DNA from: Anthoceros angustus
Taxonomy: Eukaryota; Plantae; Anthocerotophyta
NCBI GenBank assembly: GCA_010909165.1
Contig: VJWM01000187.1
Coordinates: 1 to 64,000 of the forward strand
DNA length: 64,000 nucleotides
Direction: 5' to 3'
How positions within the stretch are numbered: the stretch's first letter is position 1; the number at the start of each line of letters is the position of its first letter. The notes under the pieces were generated by a model. It was not told where the DNA came from. It saw only the letters and a program-made list of their open reading frames with translations, and made no database searches. The position numbers and the translations under genes are program-made. Below are positions 36,486 through 49,341 of this stretch, one piece after another.

Positions 36486-39400
36486 CTGACCTGGTGATTG
36501 CTGTAGGGAATATTTCCTTTGGCGTTGCTGTGTGGGCACACTGCAGCCATAACTTACTTGGAAGTCTGTCGGCCAAGTGACCATGTGGAGTTTGGAGATC
36601 AGCATGGTGTAGGGTTGTACTCTTCTGACGGGGCAGTGAGTAGTAGGGAGGAATTTGGGGATGCTCATGACTCCGTTGTGAGTATTTGTGTGGAAGGTTT
36701 CATGTGTGTATGGGATGGCCGTACTGGACACTGTCGTAGAAGGAGGAGGTTGCCACCATGGGTAGGGCATCCTGCGACAGTGGCATCCTTCCCCAATGCT
36801 CGCCGGTATTTATGCATCTGTTCCAATGGGCCCAGTTCAGGGTCAGCAGTACAGGTGGCCCCTGATGTCCCTGATCTGGAGCGAAAGCTTCTGAGCAGTC
36901 GATCGGTAATGCCTTTTGGAAGAACAGGAACCAAGATCTCCTCTAAGGGCATTATTGTGGTGGTGGATTCTCTTACACTTACTGTTCTTCAGGTTGTTTA
37001 CAATGGATCACTTGGAATTGGTGTCATGACGTCTATGACTATTGTGCACGAGGATGGTTCAGATACAATCTTAGCGTCTGACGTATTTGGAAAGCTTCGG
37101 GCTTGGCCTGGAGTTGTGATAGATAGTGGGAGGGAAGGGGTCTGGGAGAGTGCGCACGAGGACAAGTCTGAGCACCTTCCCATTTCAATTGAAGTCTCAA
37201 CAGATTCACCATGGGATGAGCGAGCTGAAACAGTTTCACTCTCAGCAGATGGGATGTATCTTTTGGTTGTTTTCCGATCAAGATGGTTGTTGAGAACTGT
37301 GGAGGATGGCACAGTACTAGCAGAAAGGGCATGTCTAGGAAAGTACATGCAGAGCAATGATCTCTTCGGTGAACAGCTCGCTTGTTTGTGGAAGGGGGGT
37401 TTGTTTCTGCCTGTAATTGGTTCAGATTCCGATGAAGTGAACACGCCCATTAGGCTTTTGGTCTGGAAAAATGATGGGGGAGCAGTCGTGTACACTGCAG
37501 AGGACTCTGAATTAACGTTTAGTGTGCTTGCTGAACTGCAACCGCTTCCAGCACAATTCCAGGGACAAATGGATGTCCAATTCTGCTCCGTGGATGACCT
37601 GGTGGTTAGATCTGAATCATTGCATGCAGGAGCAGCTGAAACTGTTGTGGAGACTCGGTTGTGTGCTTGGCACCTGAAAGGTCTGGTGTCTAAGGGCTCT
37701 GGGGACAGCCTGAAAGAGACACAGGTATGTTTTCAAACAGGTTTGTGGGGTGATTGGCTTAAAGCAAGTTCCACTGGTGATGTGTGTGGAACACCTCGGG
37801 TTGCCTGGACAAAAAGGAGTCGTAATGGCGAAGCAGATCATGGGTTTACATTAGCATCTGATGGTGAGAGTGAAAAACTCACGTCATGCTTAAGAGAGAT
37901 AGTTAGGGAGAAGTCGCTATGTGGGTATCAGGTATTAGATAAAAGTTCCTTTGTCACTGCTACGATGCTTCTATCAGGCAGCTCTTTTGTCCCTTCTATG
38001 CTTGTGTATGGTTATGGAAGTGGAGAGATAAGAATGGTTGAACTGGAAGCTATTGAGTTTGCAGATCCAGCAGATGACCCCAGTCCGGACCACATTTTCA
38101 GACAGCGTGCCCGTTACTTTGCAGGTCATACAGCACCTGTTCTTTGTCTGGCTGAGCATAGAATGGAAAACGTGGGACGGGTTCTCTTATCTGGAAGCAT
38201 GGATTCATGCGTGTGTATATGGGATTTAAGAGAAGATGGAGCACTGGTAGCTGTTTTGCATCACCATACATCTGCTGTCCGGCAGCTGGTGCTTCCTCCG
38301 CCTGGAACAATGGCTCCTTGGTCTAGCTGTTTCATCTCAGTGGGGGATGATGCTTGTGTAGCTGTAGTGTCACTGGAAACCTTGGAAGTCGTGAGGATGT
38401 TTCCAGGACATCCTGTTGTGCCAAAAACTGTTGCGTGGGACTTCCAGCGTGGATACATTGCTGTTTTGTGTCCTCGCTCTGACTTTGGACCAAGTAGTGA
38501 CTCCCTTTATATCTGGGATGTACACTCTGGTGCTCGTGAGAGGATTTTAAAAGGTCCTGCAGCACACTCCATGTTTGGTCATTTCTCTGCTAGGATTCGT
38601 GCAAGCTCAGCAAGTGCCAACTATCTCCCTGCTGGAAATGCAACCTCAGCTTCATCTCTACTCCCATCAGCAGATGAACAAACACCAAGGGACAGGATGC
38701 CCACAGCACTTGATGCAACTTACATGGACTTCAGCGATCCTAACACTCCAGGTGTTTTAGATGCTGAACGAGGCGATTTTGATTCTCAGGTTGGAGGTCT
38801 GAGGAGCAGCTTAGAAAAGCTCAGTGTCAAAGTTGCCCATGTCCTCAAGCCCAGCGGTAAACCGGAGGTGTTTGTAAGTGGCACAACCATACGGAATGGC
38901 GCACCGGGGCTGCTTGCCCCGAAGCAGCAGCCGATCAAAGGGGCATGTCCAATGCCAGGTGTAGCTGCTCTCCAATTTGAGTTGTCCACATTGATGGCAC
39001 CAACTCTGGAAGGACTTTCTGCCTTGGGCAAATTGTCATCGTCCTCAAATCAGGTAGGGTTGCAAGGGGTGCACATCCTGAATAATATCAGGAACCGAGA
39101 CAGGCAGGACCAGAATGGCAGTGGCTTGCAAAGAGGACCAAGCCGTCCAGTGCTAAATAGAAAGAACACTTTCTTTCTGAGAGTAGATCCTGGGCCTATG
39201 AACGATGTACCCAATTGGTTGGTGTCAGTTGAAGGTCGGCTACTGAGAATGAGCTTGTCCTATCTCCATCTTTGGGGAATAGACGAAAATGTAGACCATC
39301 TGCTGGTGCTCGATCTGCACGTATATCAACCTGAACACATTGGGCTTGGTTTGGGTTTTGGTGGAGATCGAGGGGCCATGACGTTGTTCTTTCCAAGTCA

Positions 39401-41794
39401 AGGTGCTACATTTGAGGTAGATCCACATTTTCATTGCTAACAATGTCATGAGGCTTGGCAACTTGGATTCATTGACATGTCTCCCATCTCTATCAACCAA
39501 CCATCAGCATCACTGAAAACTCCGGTTTTGCAGCCATGGAGAACATCTTCAGAATTTTGTGCTATGAGGTCACTTACCCTGGTGTCTCTTGCCCAGAGAC
39601 TGATTTTGCTTTCGAAACCAGCTTCATATGCATGCAGGTGATTGTTGCTGACATGGATTCCCCTGTGCCACATGGAGTTTCACATGAAGCCAAAGTTGAG
39701 AAGTTGGTTGTGTTGTTTCTGCCAAGCTAGGGTGTGTCTGATCTGTGCCGGCTGCTTGCAGTGAACTAGCTGGTTTCTACTCAAGAGGATTGGCTGAGAA
39801 GCTTCCAGGGGTTATCAGTCCCTGCCTTGAGGTTTGCACTGTAGCACCAATAAACCAGTAATAGCACCCACAGAATTTTTACTGCAACAGATACTAACTG
39901 ACTAGTATGAACGGTTTACAGATCTATACCTACTACTGGCAAGACCAAAGTGAGCATGTGCGAATGGCAGCTCGAACTCTATTTCACTGTGCAGCGTTGC
40001 GAGCTGTCCCACCAGTTCTTTGGGTGCAAAAAAGCTCAGAAGAGAAACTAGAGCCTACTGCTGACCAGGAAGGCGCGGAACAAGATGGTCTTTTACATTG
40101 GCTGGAGTCGTATGAAGACCAGTATTGGACTGTGATGGTTGGTGCTACCCGACAAGATGCTCAAGCTGCCAGGATAATTGTTGCATCTTCCTTGGCTGTT
40201 TGGTATCCCACCATCGTGCGACATGATGTGGCCAGGGTGGTGGCTCCGCTGCTGCTGAAGATGGTGAGGAATGCTAATGATAGACATGTGGCATCGGTAG
40301 CAGAAGTGCTCGCGGAGGGAATGACATCCACATGGCACGACATCATTGGCAATCAAATCCGGCACCTCATGGTGGATGTATTTGACCAAATTGAGCGTCT
40401 GAGCAATACAGGGGGGACGGTTCAGGATGGGGTGACATATCCACCTCCAGTTGCTCCTGCTGTAGCAATGGCAATTCGGGAAAGCCTGGTGGGCAATCTT
40501 CTCCCAAGCTTAGCCATGGCAGATGTGCCTGGATTTCTTCACATTGTACAAAATCAGCTCGATGCAACAGCTTCTGACTCACCTGTGCACCGCGTAGCAT
40601 TGACCGTGCTCATCAGATGTGTTCGGGGGGCTCCAAAAGCTGTTCTCCCACATCTTGCTCAGGTATGCATACTGATTGGACGATCTGGTACATTTCAATT
40701 AGATAAGCTGATCTGGTAAGTAAAAACACGTCACCAAGAAACAGAAAAAGTCTTGCCTTATGTTAAGTCTGGTATTAATCAGGTCACATTGGCTTATTCT
40801 TTGAAGCAGGTAACGTCGCTGCTTCTACAAACAATGGAGACGGGAAACTTTTCATTACGCAAGCAGTGTATGCAGACTGCCATGGCAACCATTCGAGAGA
40901 TGGTTAGGGTCTTCCCCATGGTAGCTCTGTATCCAGGTTCTCCGACATCAAATGCAAAACTAGCTGTGGGTGATCCTGTTGGCGATATTCATCTGTTGGC
41001 CATCCATGTTTATGACCTCCAAAAGTAAGCTGAAAGTTTCCTTACTTCACACCTTTTTGTTTGAAGGTTGACGTTGAAGTGGAGCTTATGTATAACCTTT
41101 TCCGCATCGCAGCATAGCCCTTCTCAAAGTTCTGGATGCAAGCGGACCGCCAGGTCATCCAGCACTTTTGTCATTTGATGATTCGTCCTCCACCATCAGT
41201 GACATTTCGGCGCTCACCTTCTCATCCGATGGCGAGGTAATCCTTGTGTTGAGATTCGATCCCCTCTAGATTGAGCTGATTGTCAGAGTGGTCCCTCGGA
41301 ACGCCGCAGCTGCAGACTGATGTGCCACACTTCTCTTCAGGGTTTGGTAGCTTTCTCACAGAACGGTCTTATTATCCGATGGTGGTCTTTGGGGGCAGTC
41401 TGGTGGGAAAGATTGAGTAGAACGCATGTACCTGTGCAATGCACAAAACTCCTGCTGGTGCCACCTTGGGCAGGCTTTTCTCCAAGGTCGTCTTCCTCCA
41501 GCATCATTCACTTGGCATCCATTACTCATCCTCCCAAAAGTGAAGATCAACCTAAGGTAAGTTTTTAACCTATTGGGTGCAGTCGCATGAACTTGTCGTT
41601 AATCTTGATATTCTCAGTGACATTTTGCCTTTATGGTGGCAATGCAGGCCGCTCATCGCAGGAGGCTTAGTGAAGACTCCCCTGTCAAACTTGCTTACCA
41701 TTCTTTCGATCTGTCATATCGCTTGGAATGGCGAGCAGACAAAGTTGTCGTCCTCCTACATCACGGTCAGGAGGTTGGCTCTTTCCAACTGTAA
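36268..41794 (+). CDS. Transducin/WD40-repeat protein, WDR7 (rabconnectin-3 beta)-like, multi-exon
   Basis: LLCGHTAAI, GHCRRRRRLPPWVG, FAGHTAPVLCLAEH, LLSGSMDSCVCIWD, YWQDQSEHVRMAARTLFHCAA, GLVAFSQNGLIIRWWSLG and terminal DLSYRLEW...GSFQL* (stop 41792-41794). Confidence 0.92.
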
Positions 41795-41969
41795 AATTAT
41801 CAAAGAAAATTAGAACACTATTCTTTGGCAGCCTGTAGCTGGTATGTATATTCCTTTTGCAGCTTAACCCGTCCTGGAGAGTCACACTTAGAGTGCAGGC
41901 AATCCATCTAAGCGGACCTCTGCAACCCAGATTTGCGGGGAGATATGACATTATTGTCGATGAAAGTCG

Positions 41970-44082
41970 CTATCTCGTGAACAGAGTCCTCCCTTGCCCA
42001 TCCCAGTGAAGGTTCTGCATGTGCTGAGGGTCATGGAAGTCCGGGATGTCATGTAACAAGGCAACTGCATCGCCATCAGTTAAGTCCAGAAACGTGGTAT
42101 TTTCTGCAGGTGGAGGTGGGGTTTCGTCGGGATCCCGCACCCTTGCGCAGTACCTACACATGCCAGCCCATGGGTAGTTCATAATTTTGTCTCTGAGTGT
42201 ACATCACAAGTGCTTCGGAGATCGCCATCATCGCCCCTTCTCTTGAGTAGTGAGCTCTTTGATGCCTCGTACAAAACCGTCTCTCCATCATCAGGCCTGG
42301 CACCACGTAACAATACCTCGTAGAGTGACAGATAAATGCACCGAGACATCTAATCAACAGACACAAACCGAGGAAACAGGAGGTCACAGACCTAACAACC
42401 CGCAAATTGTGCATGATTGATCAGGACCGGGCAAGGACGGGCGGACGGGCGGACGGACGGCATTTGGGACTTGCCTGATCAAGAGATGCTCATCAGTTTT
42501 TGGGAACTCCTGTTACCGAAAAGTGCAAGCGCAACTTCAGGCAAAGCCTCTGGGTCTCACCCACGAGTGCCACAACATGTCGCCTACACAGTGCCTACAT
42601 ACATACATACAGAGGCTTCGTCCTCATGGAAGCAGATCAATGGTAGTAGGTGGAATACATAGTTGATCTCTCTTCATTAGTTCGAGCTCCTGTGACATCA
42701 CACGCTTGCACGACAACGAATTCTACCCTGAAATGTATGTACATTGTACCCTTTGGTGTGATGCGGAGAGTGGAAGGATGCAAAGGGTGACGAGGTAGGG
42801 CTGTTATGATTCCGTTCTCCCGTGGGCCATCTCACCACCTAAGGTTTGTATTATCTTACCGTTTCAATGACCCTGGAGGTGAGACTCTTGTGCCACCCGG
42901 ACCCAGTCACGGGCGCAACATGCTCTTCCTCGTTGCTTTCCCTCTTTGGGGTCCTCTCTCCCTCCAGGCCGGGTAGGCTGGTACCTTTGATACTTCGCGC
43001 AAGATCTGTGCTGTCCACTGCGACAGGGGCCCATGCCAAGCCTTGTACGGGCGCCCGGGTTTTCGTGATGAAAGTAACTTATCCCCACTCTGTCAGAGCT
43101 ACATGGCATGATTGAAGGCAGGCCACAAGCAGCTCATCATCCTTCTGAGAAGCCAGCCCGCCCATCACCTATCCGTCAGAGGTCTCCCACAGGAATTCAG
43201 ATTTGCATCCTCCTAATCAAGCACTGTACCTCGCCTCCTTCAGCACTGAGAGCCTGGAGCCCGTCAGAGAGCGTGGAGAAACAGATCCCAATCTTTCCCT
43301 GTGGTTTTCCTTCGCATTTCTGCTGCCGAGTGCGCCAACAGTTTCGTCGGGGCGGGTGGGTGGTGGCAGGCTCCGTCAGGGCGCAGGGCCTTGTCCCGGT
43401 CCCGACCTCTTGTTGGGGCTTGCAAACTGGCAGACAGCGCACAAATCGCCTGGGAAAGCGAGCGCTCATCAGCTAGCCACAGTAAATAAACAGCCTGCAG
43501 TAGTGCAGTGCTGCCCCTCGCCCTAAACCCTGTGCGGGGGCCTGCAGCCTGCAGCGGGCCGCGGGGACCACCCTCCTGCTCCCATGTCGTACTATTTCTT
43601 TTATACACAGCATGTCTAAAAAACTCGTCCAGGCCCTCGTAGGCTCGTACCTGGCCGGTGTCAGGATGGGCCACCGTGATGGGTACGGGTGGCTTCCGTG
43701 TTCCAACACCGGGCCCCTGCCAGTGCCTCCTCCAACCCCCTGTGACTGGCCATAGCCGGACCAACTGCCAGACGCCGGGCCGGGCCGGGCTGGGCCCCGT
43801 CCCGACTCCCGAGTCCGCCCTGTTGCCGTCCACTGGCGTCCACCGTCCAGCTTCTGCGCCAGTGACGAGTCCAGAGCACGGTGTACAGCCGTCACCCGCG
43901 TCCGTAATACTGTACATACACGGCAAGCCTGTGAGTGTCGGAGCCTCGGGAAAAGCCGCAAGCGGACGCCGCGTGCGAGGACCGGAATATGCCAAGCGCT
44001 CAACGAGACCCTCCGAGAGCGGAATCGGTGCGTAGGCTGTAACAAATGTTGCTGTGCGCCATTCAACGGCAGCCGATGCCAT
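41970..44082 (-). other. Possible lineage-specific multi-exon gene or pseudogene convergent with the WD40 gene
   Basis: Long ORF from ATG 44082 (MASAAVEWRTATF...) plus downstream exon-like blocks flanked by YAG/GT(GC) signals. Frames do not join cleanly and no family is recognised. Confidence 0.3.
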
Positions 44083-44999
44083 AATCCCTCCCTCTTCTTC
44101 TTTACGGAATTCCGCCTCCCCGTCACGGCGTGATCCAGCCAGCTGCAGCAAAGCCAATCTACAGGTCTCCCTAGGTCAAATCGAAAGCGGATGCTTGCAA
44201 TAAATCACGCAAAAGACCGTGGCTGTTTCCTTCGCAAGGTTCTTGATTTGCTCCATAGCATGTCAGAGAGCTTGCTTATGATCATCCGCCTCGGAACATG
44301 CACCAAACGGAACCGATCTAGACTTCACAAATAAATGAGCAGTGAATGCGCCGAAGGAGAGCGTGATTGCCGAGAGGTGTGAAACTCGTCCCGGTTCACT
44401 CCCTGCCAGCAGAAAAGAAGACTTTTGACCTCGCAACTAACCTCGGCCCTCCATTACTGCGCATTGAAGCTCTTGAGGATCCGCTCTTGTGTAACGAGCT
44501 TGGAACCGGCACTCGGTAACAATTGTGTAACAATCGAACACGCCAGACACTGTGCTGCACAGCGCATTACTCCGTCCCGTATCACATTCACACAAACGTC
44601 GCACAATTGCATCCTACGTGTGCGTGTCGGTATTCTGGCCAGTCGGATTAAATTCATCTTCGTCTGTCCTGCACGCACTGTCACACGCAACGTCCTCTTG
44701 CACGGATCCTGTCGGCTTTGAAGCGGATCGTGCTAATCAGGCTCATCGACCACCGCTGCAGCCGCAGCATTGCACTGTGCACACGCTACAACCAAACGCT
44801 TCCCAAACACCGCACAATCACGCGGAGAGAGGGGAGATGCTTACCACTGCCAGCAAGCGTGAGCCAGCAGCAGAGCGGGATGAGGAATAGAGTAAAAATC
44901 GCAAAGCGCGCGCTCGGCCAGTAACCAATTGCAGGCAGAGTGGCAGAACAGTCCAGCTGCTGCTCCAGCCTGCCATTGCAACAGATTGCAGAAAACGCA

Positions 45000-45506
45000 T
45001 CAGAGCTTTCTGCACTTCCAGATCCGACGCCGGTGATACGGATGATGATCTTTCCGTCCGTCCACGCCCTTCCCTCCCTCGGGAGCCGGAGAGCGGAAAT
45101 TTAAAGCCTGCAATGCCCCCTGTTGAGAGGCGTCCATCCGTGCCAACTCCTGACCTTGTCTGCACGCTTTGCAGCTGCCACTGCCAGTGCATGAGTGCCG
45201 CCAGTTCCCTCCACAGGCGCCAATATCATCCACCGTCGTCGGCCAGGCAGCAACTCCGGCGCCTGCAAGTCTGGCACGAGCGCTTGCCGCTCGACGCGTG
45301 CGGCGAGCTTCAACATTCAAACAATGGCAGCCTCGGACCGAGGCTGCAGGCGCGGGCCCGGGGCTCGAGGTCATGAATGCAAACGCTCGAGAAGGTGAGT
45401 CAGGTGAGGTCGCCGGGGCTGGCCGGGCTGGCAGGCTGGCAGGCTCGGCGCAGAGGGAGGAGGGAGGAGGGTATGCACCGTATGCGCTCATGGGGCCATG
45501 CACCAT
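45000..45506 (-). CDS. Hypothetical small cysteine-containing protein
   Basis: 168-aa ORF with CHCLNVEARR, SCTGSGSCKAC and IWKC, followed on the minus strand by a GU-rich 3'UTR-like tract (44400-44900). Confidence 0.25.
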   Translation of the reverse strand: MVHGPMSAYGAYPPPSSLCAEPASLPARPAPATSPDSPSRAFAFMTSSPGPAPAASVRGCHCLNVEARRTRRAASARARLAGAGVAAWPTTVDDIGACGGNWRHSCTGSGSCKACRQGQELARMDASQQGALQALNFRSPAPEGGKGVDGRKDHHPYHRRRIWKCRKL

Positions 45507-46239
45507 ATGCTCTCGTGACGCTGGCCCATCATGGACGGCGTCATCGATGGGTCAAGGGGAGCGTGCCGCGGGCCCCCGGCTCCTTCTTCAGAAACATCGC
45601 GGCCGAATACATACACGAACAACACCCCAAATTCGCAATGCCGGCCACCTTGGTTTTGCACCCACCTTTGCTTGTGGCATGCGCTGCATTGGGAGCCTCT
45701 ACATCTTCTATTCAGGACTAGGGACATACGCAAGCCTGGTACCAAACCAGCTCTTGTCTTTACTTCTCCATCTCCACAATCTGGACGTTGGATCCACTGG
45801 GAGATGAGAGACAGCAACAGGAGGCATTCTTCATCACCAACGAACACCCACCTTGTACATGGCCCTCGCAAAACCAGCCTTGCAAACGACGGCTCGTGCG
45901 AACCACCTAAAACTCCCATGTCACCGTCCATACCAACAGCAATCCTCCAACAGGATCAGAATAGGGTTGACGGGTTGACGTAGAAACAAAAAAAACTGAC
46001 TCGGAGATATCAGAAAGCGGAAAGTAGATGTTGCAAGAGCGAGAGCCAGGGCAAGAGGCTGAGCAGGAGCGGCCAGTGCGGTGCGTGTGAAGTGGGCCAG
46101 TAAAGGCAGGCTGCCAGCCGCCCTCCAGTAAGACGCCTCTGACTCCAATGTCCGAGGCCAGGGACCCTTTTTCCCTTCAGTTTTCCCAAGTTTAGTTGTC
46201 GGCCACAAAATCCGCTCCATGTCTTTTCTCCTCGTCCCC

Positions 46240-46268
46240 GTTGCCTTGCCTTGCCTTGCCTTGCCTTC
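46240..46268. repeat. (CCTTG)n microsatellite
   Basis: GTTGCCTTGCCTTGCCTTGCCTTGCCTT; copied again at ~50710. Confidence 0.85.
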
Positions 46269-49200
46269 TTCCTTTGGGGACGAGAAGAAGCCCTTCATTC
46301 CGGGGATCCAATGTGAACATGGGATTCGGCAACCACCAACTTGGACTTGGGTGGTCAAAATTCCCCAGGTCGGCAATGTTGTCAAGAGCTTTTGATTCCT
46401 CAGGCCCCAAAAGGTAATGTGTTTTAAAACAAGTTAAATTTAGATAATTTGTTGGTGGTGGGACTGGACTTAGTCTTCAAAACTACTATTTGCTTGGGCT
46501 TAGGAAGCTGTGAAGTTTGGATAAATTGGTGACGTGGTGCCTAGACTTTGCTTAGGGTAGTGGTGTCTAGGAACTTGTGAAATTTGAGTAAATCATTGAG
46601 CTGATGAATAGACTTTTGGATACCTATCTAGGGAGCCGTGTAATTTGAAATTATTTGTTTGGTTACTTAAAAAATAAAATATTATAATATTACCATGTAA
46701 TTGTTAGTATATGGTGTTACAAACAAGGTTGAATGCCATGAGACTCTCTAATCTATGTCTTGTAAGGCCGTTTTGCATAAACATGGAACTGGACTTTTAT
46801 CCTGAATCCTATACCTAATTCAAAGTTCCATCTAATCTAAATTGTCGCATTTCATTAAAGTCATACACCCTAGCTATGATGGGTTTAGCCCGGTGTGTGT
46901 GGCCTTTTGCCATGTGTGGTTTTGTCTGAAGATATTTGACATCGATGGATGTGTGCCCAAAGTGCCAGGCTAAAGTGTGCTAGGTTTTAGGTAGGCAGCA
47001 TGGAGGGATTTGACTAGATGTTAGGTTGGGAGCATGCAGGGATGCGACAGGGTCCATATAGTTTGAGCAATTTATTTGCTTCTTTTCTAGATTTCAGGGT
47101 TTGTTTGACACCGCTTTGGACATTCAAGCATGAGACAAGATTAAGGGGTTTGTGATATTGCTTTGCAACTTGAATGTTCAGTATTGACATTCGTCTCTGT
47201 ATTTGCTGCTTTTAAGTTCTCCGCTCTCCCTACTTGAATATATAGTACCGGAGTTCATATTATTGCTTTTGGGTTCTCCCGGGCCTCTAACTTTCTGGGG
47301 GCTTCTTATGGAGGATCTTCACCCTATTGAATGATTCTTTTGGTCTCACTTAGATTGAGAAATCATGGAGGAGCACATAAAGTGAGGCTGAGAATATCAA
47401 GCACTAGTGGCTGCCTCCTTTGAAGGTGAATTTGGATGCTCCAGGTGGTGATGGTACAATAATTAGTTAGAGCTATGCCAATGAAGAGCCACATCTTTTT
47501 TTTTTTTGTACATTAATTTTGAAGAAATGGTCATAAGTGGGCTGTTTTACAAATATAATATAAAATAATTTTACCTCCAGGCGAACCCAAATATGATCAA
47601 GTTTATGAACTTTTGTGAAGTACAATGTTGGGTACAGCAGCTTAAAGGTGAAGCCCCGGATGGGGCTTTTTGTGGCAAAGGATTGGCCCCATATGGGGGC
47701 GAGGCTAGCATATGATTTTTTGACATGATGGAATCGTTAGCACGATGCCTTATTGTAGGTACTTGGATATTAGGGGAGAGGTGGAGGCTACATTTTATAT
47801 GAGGCGGATTCGGGCCGACTCAGCTTTTACAGTGCTAGAACGCCGGAAGGGACACAAGAAGGCAACAGACCCGGGGGCTTCCGGCCGAGCCAGAGTATCT
47901 CGGGCCGAGGGCCGCCACATGGAGCCCCACTCCCATGGTTGTAACTCGGGTTCGAACCGCACATGTAACCCACCCGGGGTGGGCGTCTGGGCTTGCCTCT
48001 CTGCTCGGGCTCACTCCGCGCTGTTCCTCTTCCTCCCTTCTCCTCCTCCTCCATACCGCCATTATTCCCCCGTGGGCGCCAGCACCACACGCGATTCTGA
48101 CTGTCGGACAGTAATTCCTGCTGCAATTCATCACCCCGTCCCACTGCCGGATCCGCACCCTCCGGCTTCCCGCAGGTGAGGTTTTCTCAGTCTCCCGGCC
48201 TGGTCCTGTTGCGTGCGCAGAATTGCGCGCATTTTGGTTGTGTTAGTGCTACCCTTGCAAGTTGCCTCCCTGTACGAGGAGGTAGTCTGGAGTGCGGTCA
48301 GGCTGGAGTCTGCGGCTGTGCGAGATTCTCTGCTGGGAGATGCATGGCTTGGACTGGAGGCCGAGGCTGAAAATTGACACTGTTGCTTGGAAGGAGGAGG
48401 TCTGCCCTGCAGCTCGTGCGGTGTTCTGCACGTCTGTGTGAATTTCTGAGATCTCTTGGATCTTCGGTCGGGGCCTTGCACTGGCAGCCTGTTTGCCTGA
48501 TCTATGCTTGTCTTGCTGGCATTTGGAGTGTCATTCCGGCGGTTGTGATGGTGAGAGTTGAGGGAATCCCGTGCGCTGCGTAGTACTCGCTGTGCAGTGC
48601 ACATTGTTTGTTGCCGCTGCAGCATTGCGTGGAGACGTTGAGTGGAATGAGCTGGCTGGCTGGTCGCATTTGTGAGCCAAATCATAGCAGCTCTCTGGCG
48701 TGAAGTGGCTTGTTTTGTGCCGTTCTATGCTGCGGAGTTTGTTCTGCTTCTTATGCTCTGTGGCGCGATCCTCACAGGAACGCGCACTAGCCCCGGTTTG
48801 CAGAGAGCGAATTGTAATCCCTGGAGGTTTGAGAATTTTGGCTCCGGGGAGCAGGCGGCGATCTCCAGCTTAGTCGTGGTTCTGGTTGGAGCGGAAGACA
48901 AGCTCTGTTTAGTGCGTGCTTCGCGCGTGCAGATGGCGTTATCGCAGAGCTGTTAGCTTGTGAATGGTCGAGCACGGTCGATTTGTTTTCCTGGTGTATA
49001 CGAAGCTAAAGCCCTCCGTCCTTCCGTTTGACCGTCTAATTGGAGAAGAAGAGAAGCAGGTCGCTTGCTGGCACCTCAGTTGAGGTTGCGTGGAACTCTC
49101 GAAGGCGCAGTTTGGCATTTCCAACATGGAGTGTTCGGCAAGGAGATTTTGTTCGCCGTCGGGAAAGAATAAGCTCTCTTCAAGTCAGAGGTGCCAAGGC

Positions 49201-49341
49201 AGCTGATCGGACATCTGGAATACCAGGCAACGCTCTGGATGACTCTGCCGGAATCTCGCTCTGCCACTGCTCCTCGTCATTCTGGATGAGGCCACTACTT
49301 CGACTCCTAGCCCGATCTCAAGGCACGCCAGTCTCCCAGTC

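Noticed and set aside
45217-45227. GCGCCAATATC partial match to miR171
   Set aside because: Only 11 nt and no precursor hairpin.
47935-47975. GGTTCGAAC T-loop-like motif
   Set aside because: No acceptor, D or anticodon stems can be built; no tRNA called anywhere in the window.
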